A DNA stretch of 64,000 bases from Euglena gracilis (lineage: Eukaryota): the NCBI GenBank assembly GCA_039621445.1, contig CP154954.1:20198642-20262641 (forward strand), given 5' to 3'. The stretch's first letter is position 1. Each line of letters begins with the position of its first letter. The translations under genes were made by a program, and so were the position numbers. This document shows, piece after piece, positions 35,733 through 64,000 of the stretch. The notes under the pieces were generated by a model. The model saw only the letters and a program-made list of their open reading frames with translations, had not been told where the DNA came from and ran no database searches.

Positions 35733-38700
35733 ATCCTGATTGTGGAGGACGTGTTCCTTCAACGGAGCATTTGCCGCAAAATCATGGAGTCCATCGTTGA
35801 GGGACAGCTCACCGTCCAAGGCTGACCCCTCACCCTCTGACCCTGGATCGGTGTCCGGTGGGCTGCTTGTTTGTTCGGTCAGCCCCGCGTACAAATTGAA
35901 GAAGTTGAAGGATCTTTCACAATTTTGGGTCTCTGCATCATCTCTCTCTTGCATTCCCCATCACTGCCTCCGTTTTGGAGCCATTCGCATTACACGTGAT
36001 TGTTCGATGGACTTCAATCCATTTCTTGATTCATGCACACTTTCACTGATTCTCACTCAGAAAGTTTTTCTCCGTTGGGGGGTGTTCAGGTCATGAAGAA
36101 ACTTGAATAGACCGAAGCAGAATGTTACTCAATATCCTGAGTTATGTTGCTGAATGTCCTGATAACACCTGCCCACAGAGTTATCAAGAGTGGGTGGGTG
36201 GTTCGGGGCTGCCGGACCCCCTCTGGGTGGGGCAATCACGCACACACAATCACACACACACACACACAGGAGGAGCATAAACCCTCCCCCCAAATAATAC
36301 GCCCCCCCCCCCAAATACCTCCCCCCCACGGGGTCCGACTGCGGCGACCGAGTTAATCCCCCAACCCCAATCTCGCGCCAACGACCCGGACTTTGACCTG
36401 AAAATGTTGGTAAAAATCACAATCTCTGACAACAAATTGCGAAAAAAAATCGGGGTTTCTGGATTATCTGGCCTCCAAAAATGCCGAATTTCACGAGAAG
36501 GTTCAAAACATGACCCCAAAGGGCGGTTTTTAGTGCTATTTTGGGTCCTACAGGACTTCGAAAAATTTCGAACATTTTGGGATGCTATCACCCCCCCCCC
36601 AAACAATACCCCCCCCCCCTCGGGCCGGGACTTCGGCTGAAAAAAATAACACCCCGGGAAGTATTGTTTGGGGGGGTTTAGCTTATTTTACACACCGAAT
36701 TTTGTGGAGGGTACCCAACCCCCCACCTACAGGCTGTGGTGGTGGTGTGTGCGGAACCTTCTCGGAGCTCCTCAGGTGTCTAATTTTGTACACAGGCCAC
36801 AATTCTGTGCACGCTACATGGCGTGGCACTCACATGAACAACAAGAATCAACATGCACACATAAAAATTGAGAGACAACAGGATTCATGTTGTGAATGAA
36901 AGGGATCGATTTTTTGGGTGGGTGCGTGGCGGGTACTTGAAAAGAGTCGGTGGGTTGTACCCAGGATATGGTGCCCAACCCCCTGGAGGCCACTAAGTGG
37001 ATGACACCTATTTGTGGTCGAAGTCCAGATCACTCCTTTGGCAAAGCCTGCAAAGCCTTGGCAATGTGTCTCGGTGGCAGGATTTGGTGGAATTTTTCCG
37101 GTATGTGGTACGGCAGTCCAAATTCCGCAAGTCCTTTTCGGAGGATAAAAAAAGTTTCAAAAAACTGCCAATTATGCAAAAGATCGAACTTTTAGTCCTA
37201 ACTTTGAGCTGGCCGGCCCCTTTTCTGACCCATTTTGGCCTATTTTTGCCCCTCGAAAGCCAAAAATGCGTCACCGTCTTGCGGCTGCGAAATAATAAAT
37301 GAAACTGGTCCATGGGTCACTTTGCTATTCTTGGAGACGTCGCCCAGAACAAAACCCCCCGAATGGCTTAGGCGGCGCAAATTGCCCAATTTTTTTTCAA
37401 TTTCTGTGCGTATGAGGTGCGCGGGTTTCCGCTTACGATACCCCACCTGTTTGTACTCAAAATTTTGAGAGGGTGACACCAGCACAAAAATTTGGTTGGC
37501 TTTGGATCCATTTTAGGCATTTTGACAAAGTGACGATTTTGAAAATTTATGGTCATTTTAGGGGGGTTTTGGAAAACACCCCCCTGGAATGGCTTGAAAT
37601 TTTGAAAAACAGAAAACGGTGGGAGAACACCTGGCCTCCGGAGCCCCGGTTGTTTGGCGATGCTACCGGACACCCCTGTGGAGGGGGGTGACACGGTGTT
37701 GCAGGCGAAGAAGAGGCAACCGCCTAAGCAACCCGCGCATTTTTGAACCATTTGTGAGTCCCGAGGTCCAGTGATGGGGGAGGTGAACGGACAACACTGC
37801 CTAAAAGATGCTATAATTTCTGGAAGAGACATGTTAGGCGGCAAACCGCGCAAAACTTGTTTTTGTGGTGAAGAGATGCTGCCCTACGGAGGGGACTGGG
37901 CTGGGAATAACGGTAAAAATGAGGTTAGGCGGTTTACCGCGTAAAGCAGTGATGATCTCTCAGGCGGAAACCTGCGCAGAAGGGTTTCAGAATGGGAACA
38001 GTTCGTGTTTGTCGATGACATGTGGGAGCGGGAAGTGGGAACGCGCTGAAACCTCCAGAAGTCAGTCATCACGTGAAGTTTTTAATGAACAAGTTTGGGG
38101 GAGAGGGAGGGGGACTTTCAGGCGTTATTGAACGATAGCAGTGTGCGGTTATCCGCGTATTTCGTTTTTATTTTGCGCGGGTTTCCGCCCAGATGAGGTT
38201 TGGGCGGAAACCCGCGTGCAGCTTGTTGCTGTCCTGATGGGTTGTGTTTGTGATGTTTTGGTGTCCCGAAGTGTCTGTGTCGGTGGTCGGTGTCGGCGGC
38301 ACAATGTTTGAAAGCTGGGCAGGACAGGTTGAAAGGAAGCTGTGGCTGCTGCATCGGGACAGCAAGCACCCGAGCAGGCGGAAACCCGCCTGGCATTTGA
38401 GCAGGAGGTGTGCACCCTCCTCTCCAACGAGGAGGCGGTAATGTTCCCCCTGGCTAGCGGTGAAGGTGTTGTCTGCAGGGAGAGCAGTGGAATGCATGTG
38501 TCAGTTTCCAGGTCAGGTGAGCTGCGGTGGAGGTGATATTTTGTTACTGTCCCGAAAAACAGCCAAAAAGCCGAGGTTGATTTCTCAGGAGGAACAAAAG
38601 CACCTCCCAGGGCCCTCCACTTGGAACCGAACAGTGTTGATGGCCCAAAATCAGGGTTTGGGAAAGAAGTGATTCAAGATATGGACGGAGAAACGCCTGT

Positions 38701-41350
38701 TTCAGCAGCTGGTGGCAGCAATCGAAAAATTTTGTAGGGTTTTCGGAAGGAGTTCTCCAAGTTCTGAAAAATTAAAGGCCATTGTAATTGTTTTTTGAAA
38801 GAGTTTTACAGCATTTTTCCTTTGAAAGGCTGCAGTTTTTGCTGAAATTGAGACAAAATGCCCCAAACACCTCTTTTTTCTGACTCTTCCTCCTTCGGGG
38901 TCGGCAACATGCCTCCGGAGGAGGCAACAGTGGTCTCCACCGTCAGAAGCCGTGTGGAAGGGGGGTAAACCAGAAGGCGGTCGTTCTCAACCAACGTCGG
39001 GTCGATGTTTGACCCGATGCATCTGGCTTCCATCCATGTAACCACTCTCAACACAAGTGTGTCCGGCCTTTTTGGATACCGTGCCCAAGTTTAAGGGCTG
39101 GCCGTCTCTCCTCGTTTGGTCAAACCCTGCTGGTGCAATCTCCTCTCCCTGGTTTCCATAAACCTCCACCCCTCAAACTCACCACAACACACCAGACACC
39201 ATTCAGTTGCAAACTGCCTGGCGACCTGGCAACAAAGTCTGTCGTCGGTGACTCCGCAAAGATTCACCTCTGTGATTGGTGTCACGAGTAGGGTTGCAAG
39301 ACTTTGCAAACAAACCAGCAGAGTTCATTTCCAGGGTGGTTTCCATCTTCCCCCCCCCCACCCCATCGTCCACAAATGCTTTGCTTTTTCTGCCCACCCT
39401 TAACCCGGTCAGGCGGTTTCCCGCCTGACTTCTCTGACCTCACAGCTGGTATGCCCCCCCCCCATGCCTCCTACTAATCATCAACTGTTTGTGTTATTGT
39501 ACGCGGTGATCCGCGTACCATGCTTTGTTTTCACTTTTACCTGGTAATCCGCGTACAAGTTTATTCTACACGGATAACCGCCTAAACATTTAACTCTGTC
39601 GTCTGTCACCTCTTGTTTCGTTTTACGCGGTTATCCGCACACACTTGTATTATGCATTCGTTTCTCAAATACTGTTAATAACATAAACCATGAAGACACA
39701 CAGCCCTGTGTCACACCCATTCAAAGTCGGTGTTTTTCAACCCATTTCAAACAGTTCCAGTACATCCCCAACTCACACAATTCACACACAATCGGAAATC
39801 GTTTGTGCGGAATACCGCGCAAAACCACTTTCAAAAAATTTTGGCCCAAAGCTGCCACACACCCCCCTGAACCTAAAATTTTGTGCCCTTTTAGGGGGGT
39901 TTCAAAACAGCCAAAAAACGTCAAAAAACACAAAAATCGTTTGGGCAATTTGCGCCGTCTAAGAATGGTTTTTCTGGGCAACCTTGAGTCCCCATTGCTT
40001 TTCTGCGGGGCAATGCCCTGTCCCCCCCCCTCTAACGCTGACCCACGCCGCGTCGGACCCATGAGACCCAAGGCTCCCAGCCCCGTCGACCCTCTGATTC
40101 AAGGGAGCCTTGCGCCCATCGACGAGGCGGCTGATGGTGGGGCGGCGGTCGCCTTCTGCCGGACCCACTTCTACCACCTCATCCTGATGGACATCCACCT
40201 GCCCAGGGCAGCCCTCGCCCCCCCCCCCCCCCGGTGGTGCTGGAACAGACCCCCTGTCCCCCCCCACAGGCAAAGCCGCCAAGGTTCGCTTCATGTCGTG
40301 TGGCATGGCATTGGTTAAGGTGTGCCCGACTGGGTGTTTTGGAATGATGGATTGGTACTTGGCCGCAGACAACTCCCCCTGGGGATAGGGTCGGGTTATT
40401 TGCCCATCTGGCGCCTTTGACGCCAGAAAGTTTTGGTAAATTTGACCAAAGTCCGTTAATTTTGAGCCATTTTATCTGTTGATTTTGATCCATTTTAATC
40501 CCAGTGGCCAGAGTGACCGACGACGGGTCGGAAGTGAGTCCCCCTCCCCGGGGGGACTTCACGAGCAATGGTACGGCTGTGCCCCCCCCCCCCACACGTC
40601 CCGACCCAACGGCCCTGCCAACGCCGGGGCTCAACGGCTTCGAGGCCACCGTCCAAATCCGCACGCTGCAGCGGGAGCGCGGCGACGGCCTCGTGAGCCT
40701 CATCGTGGGGCTGACTGGCAGCCAGGCCCCACCGTCGCCCCCCTCCCCCCCCCCCCCGCCGAGGGTTCGACTGGGAGAGGGCGGGGGAATGGCCTCGCTC
40801 CCGGCGGGGGGGGGGACCTGATAATTCCCTACTAATAATAGGATGGTGCTGCCTGAACTGAGAGCCGAGAATCAGAAACAGTTCCTAACTTCTGTCAATG
40901 AGAAGAATACTCCCACCTCCGCGCTGGCTGACCTCTCCATATACGATCTCCCACCCCCCGCGGATGGCTGGTTGGCTGGCGCCGAAGGAATCAGGCGCGA
41001 ATTGCCCATTTTTTCCCCCAATTTCTCTGTTTGGGGTTTGCGGGTTTCCACTTACGGCACCCTACCCGTTTGGGTTGGGAATGGGTCTGTTTTAGGCAAA
41101 AAAAAATGCTGATTTTGTAAATTTATGGCGCTTTAGGGGGGGGGGGCTGGCAACCCAGAACGCCCTGGAAAGTTGAAACACACAAAACCGGCAGAGCACA
41201 CCTGGCCTCCGGAGAAGAAGGAGGGTCCTGCAGGAGACACCCACGAGAGCGTGCCGAGCGTGGGGCACAGCAGCGGGATGAACGAGGTGCTGTGGAAACC
41301 CGCCACCCCGGCGTCCATGCGCCAGCTCTGCGTCAAGTATGACATCCCGC
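35733..41350 (+). CDS. Response-regulator receiver (REC) domain exons of the same gene
   Basis: ILIVEDVFLQRSICRKIMESIVEGQLT|IDEAADGGAAV..YHLILMDIHL|PGLNGFEATVQIR..IVGLTG|DTHES..GMNEVLWKP. Introns 35814-40117, 40201-40622 and 40720-41235 all have +4/-6 paired ends and join in frame. Confidence 0.9.
37367..39963. mobile_element. 2.6-kb TIR element with 5-bp TSD inside the REC intron
   Basis: TIR CTTAGGCGGCGCAAATTGCCCAA / TTGGGCAATTTGCGCCGTCTAAG. AATGG at 37362-37366 and 39964-39968. Many internal GCGG(A/T)(A/T)..CCGC motifs. Confidence 0.8.
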
Positions 41351-41869
41351 GGAGGCGGGCCCCGGCTGCTGGGAATCTGTTGCCTCGGCAACCGTTGCTG
41401 GGGTGGGGGAGAACCAGGACTGAACAACAAATCTTTTGAATCCCTTTGAACCCCGAGGGCGGGTTGCGCCCCCCCCCCGCCAAATCTGGTGGGGAGTCCG
41501 ACCACCCCCGACCCCCTTCCTCCAACACCCCTGAACTTTTTTTCTAGGGGCGATAATTTTCCGCACCGAAGGAGTTTTTCTTTGCAACTTGCAACGTGCC
41601 ATATGTTGTGTGTGGGGGGACCCACCCACCACTCCTTCCCATACAGCTCTGGGGACAGGCATTTTTTTTTAAAAGCCAAACTCCACCCTATCCCCAGGGG
41701 GGTGGGGGTTTCCAGCCAGCACCCCAGCGGGGCTGCGAACCCCCCGGTCGGGAAATTCCCTGCCTGGGAAGATCTAAACTGATAAACAGCACCAATGGGA
41801 AATCGCAACTGCCAGACCGACATCCTTCCCGCCTGCTCTTTGGCGCGCCGGCGGGTCCTGAGGCGGGGA

Positions 41870-60561
<18,692 letters not shown>

Positions 60562-63500
60562 CTGCGGAGCACCGGACCGTGGGATCGTCTCGCTGGGGTG
60601 GCCCCCCAGCCGCTGACCAGCCCGTTGCTCTCCGCCCCCACGCTGGACAACCTCCGACACAGCCCCTCGACCCGCCCAGCCTTTCCCGGTCTCGACCACT
60701 GTTTTGTCCTCGCCCACTGCGTTCCGCGTGTTCCCACCCGCAGGCGCCTGGTATTGTCTGTCACCGACCGCACCAACCCCTGCCTCCCGCTGGCTGCTCA
60801 CTGTCCCAAGGTGCAGCAAGTATGACCGTGGAACGTCTTTCTCGCCGTTATGAACCTGCAACTCAACCCCCTGCACCCGGACCCAACCACCTGGAGTTGG
60901 TTTGTGCGCTATTTTTTGATCGAACTCGAGTGGTCCCAAAGGAACCTCGCAGCGACCAACTTCGGCAAAGTCTTCTTACCTTGGAAATATTGGAGATTGG
61001 CTGAGTGCTCTAAAATTGTGGTTTTACTGTCTCAGAGATTTAGAACTTCGTATTCCGATTCCAGGTTGAAGGCAATTAAGAAGCATTTAACGTGTCAAGG
61101 CAGGGGGGGATTTATATCCTCAATTCTCCCACAATTTCCGCAATTTTCTGCAAATTTTTGGTATTTTACCCCCCTTTCTGCATTTTTTACGCGAAATTTT
61201 AAATTGGAGCAGGGGGAAAATATGCAAGTCGCATACTTTGCATATTTTTTTCATATCCAAAATCTCGAAAATTTGCATAATTTGCATTTTTTTTGCATAA
61301 TGGAAAATTTGTGAAAAGTCACATTTTTGCAGTTTTTTTCATAATTTGCCTTTCCGATTTTTGGGGGCATTTGCACAGGCAAATTTCTCCCACTTTTAGA
61401 CAACTGGAAGTTGCATACCTCACGTTTTTGGACGAGTAGTTGTATAATGAAATATAACTAGGTGAACCAGCCACTTCACTTTTGCATTTTTTTCCGTTAC
61501 GTATTCTGAGGAGCCTTGTTGCATATTCCCCAGCAAATTTCAGGGAAAAAAACACAAAAAAAATCGCCAAAATTGGCGGCTTTGCCAAAATTTTGCCAAT
61601 GTTGGGAGAAAACACAAACAGATGCGAAAAAGCACTTGTTTTCCTCCTTGCCTGGTGAACCATTTGTGGAATGGCCAGAACTCATTGCACCTTTATAATA
61701 ATAATATAATAATTTCGATTTTATTATATTCGAAATTATTTCTAAGTCGCATTCGGACTTGATTCTTCCTGAGGTTTTTTGTCCAATTTTTGTCATTTTT
61801 TTAAACAAAATCCCCAAAGTTACATAAAGAACAAAGTTGCATGTTTTTGGACTATTTTGCTTTTGGAAAGAAATGTGAATGACAGCACAAAACACACACC
61901 GTTGCAAAATAATCAAGCAGGCGAAATTTTTCCAAGCACTTCCAGCTGAAATGTGTACGTTCCCAATAAATTTTTCCGCAATTTTTTTCCCTAGGGCGTC
62001 CAATATCACCCCCCCCCCAGTCAAGACTTTGGTAGGGTACCATGTCAGCTGATGAAGATTCCTTCGGAAAAAGGAAAATTTTGGCAAAACAGGAATAGGT
62101 GCCCCTGGAAAAACGGGAATAGACAGTGGGGGTGCCGACCCCCCCCCACCGAGAACACAGCAAACCATGGGTTTCCCGGGGATCCCATTCAGCCTTGTTC
62201 GGCCGATCACCACTAATCTCCCCCCCCCTTCAAACTCTACGGATTGGTTTGTGCAACCTAGACAAGCCCCACAGTGAACATTCACCGCCGATCCTGATTT
62301 CATCCTCAGGTGTTGTATCATTATCAGGTGTGTTCTCCCCCCAAGGCTTTCTGGCCCAGAAACGAAAGACAACGTTGGGAAGGACATGGGGGGGGAGGGG
62401 GCTCTTCCCGTGCCGACGTCTTTCCGATCAGGGTTTGCGGTGGCGGCGACCCGCGATGCTGGCGGAGCGATGCCCGAGACCGCCGCTGCGCTGAGTCGAC
62501 CGCGCCATGCTTGCCGCGACCCCCGCATTGCGTCCCCCTCTCTGCCCAGGGGTCGGCGTGTGCCCGTTCCTGCGAACATTTGAGGGGTAAAACGAGTGGT
62601 GTTAATGCGGGGCCTCGTGCTACCAGTAACAGGAAAGATAACCAATAGATATGTCAAAATCTTCGTCCCAAAACCAATCAAACTCAGTCCAAAGAGCGTC
62701 CGATTTGTGATGATCGCCAACGTTACAAGGAAACAGGACTGCGGGAAATTGTTTATTGCTTTTTTTTGTGAAGCTTTGACCGCGAAGATTTGGGCCATAA
62801 GCACCTCCTCCCCACTTGTGAAATACCCAGTCCCGAATGCCCACGACCCAGCCAACAGCCACACTCGGCTAATAGTATCTCAGCTGCTGCGGTGCGGGGC
62901 TGCCATTTGTTGTATTTCCGTGACATTTGGGTGGTCCAATTGTCGTGGCCGATTCCTGGCCCCCTCCCGGAACACACCTTTCGCCGGCCCTTCCCCAGCG
63001 TCGCTCCCCCGGCGCCTCCCGCCACCGCTGCCCACCGTCTTTGGTGTGCCTGCCGCTGGCTTTGAAAGGAGTGCACTCTGTTTCCGCGGGTGCTCTTCCG
63101 CTGTGTGAAGGCCCGCAGCATGGGGATGGCCTGTTTTCCCGTCCCCACATGTGCCACGGTGTGCTGTTTGCAGACGCCATTTCTGCTCAGGAGGCGATGT
63201 CGTCACCCGCAGCCCTCTTTTGCCCTTTGCTGCGCTTGAAGTTGCCGCTTTCTTGCTCGCCGCCAGCTTCTTGACGTTCGCAAGACGGCTCTTTCCCCGG
63301 CGTCGGGTATGGGCGTCCAACACAAACCATCATCCAATCGGTGCATATACTGCCTCGCAAAACGAAGACTGGAAGACTGGATCCAACCCCCCCCCCAGAG
63401 ATCGCAGGCTGTGTGTTGGCACATCCATCTCTCCATTGGATCAACAGCGTGGCTTCAGCGTCCTTTGCTGGGAGCAAGGCTTGTCGAGTTTTGCATTAAT

Positions 63501-64000
63501 CCATCCTGTCTTCCTGTGCCCATTCAACACCGGAAACACGTTGTGTAAACCTGATCACAACCAAACATCCCAGACTTCCAGATATCATTTACCGGACATC
63601 ATTTGTCTCTTCAGATGCTGTCTTTGATCACTCAACCCGTTGAAGGATTCCCCAACACTGACATGCGATTTGCAGTCTTTCAGGTCCCTTTTGTTGCCAA
63701 TGTCTGGCAAGCTTAACCAGCCAATGTCGGAGGAAACCGTTCAGGGGTGGTTAGTTCCAGGTTCATTTTTATCGCAATCACCAATGCTGAAGACTCCAAA
63801 GCAGAGCAGACGCTCATGGACCAATGCGTTGCACATTCAAACCACTATCTGTCCCAAACCATTACCTGTGCTTTAATATGCCACACTCATCTGAAAGGCC
63901 TGTGGCTGGGATTCGGGCCACTGCGGTTGCACAGACAGTTTGCATGGTTCTCCGGCAGCAATGTGTGACGCATTCTATATGCACTGTTTCTGTCTTGTTC

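Noticed and set aside
61497-62864. 455-codon minus-strand ORF
   Set aside because: It has no recognisable motif, crosses AT-rich homopolymer sequence, and lacks the codon bias of the real exons.

Overview
This is eukaryotic, repeat-dense DNA that appears to come from a euglenid (Euglenida). Both reconstructable genes are split by nonconventional (non-GT-AG) introns whose ends base-pair, usually with CAG at +4..+6 and CTG at -8..-6. (1) A + strand gene of about 34 kb (ATG 26649 to about 60561) encodes an MGxCxC N-terminus, a CaMKK-like Ser/Thr kinase, a canonical response-regulator receiver (REC) domain and an unassigned C-terminal domain. (2) An apparently intact hAT transposase (BED finger, DDE, CxxH; 16929 to 13149, minus strand) carries about 12 nonconventional introns. 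One of them is visibly a MITE with a perfect 8-bp target-site duplication that the 3+5 nt splice geometry removes seamlessly. (3) A 5'-truncated CRE-like RLE non-LTR retrotransposon sits in that transposase's putative splice-acceptor tract. (4) A 1027-bp miniature LTR element (TRIM) has tRNA-derived Pol III boxes in both LTRs, an iMet PBS, a PPT and a 5-bp TSD, and lies 14 bp upstream of a tRNA-like Pol III unit. (5) The rest is nested MITEs with 5-, 7- and 8-bp TSDs, a 1.27-kb direct duplication, a probable inversion and microsatellites. All exon structures were reconstructed by eye and need RNA-seq confirmation.
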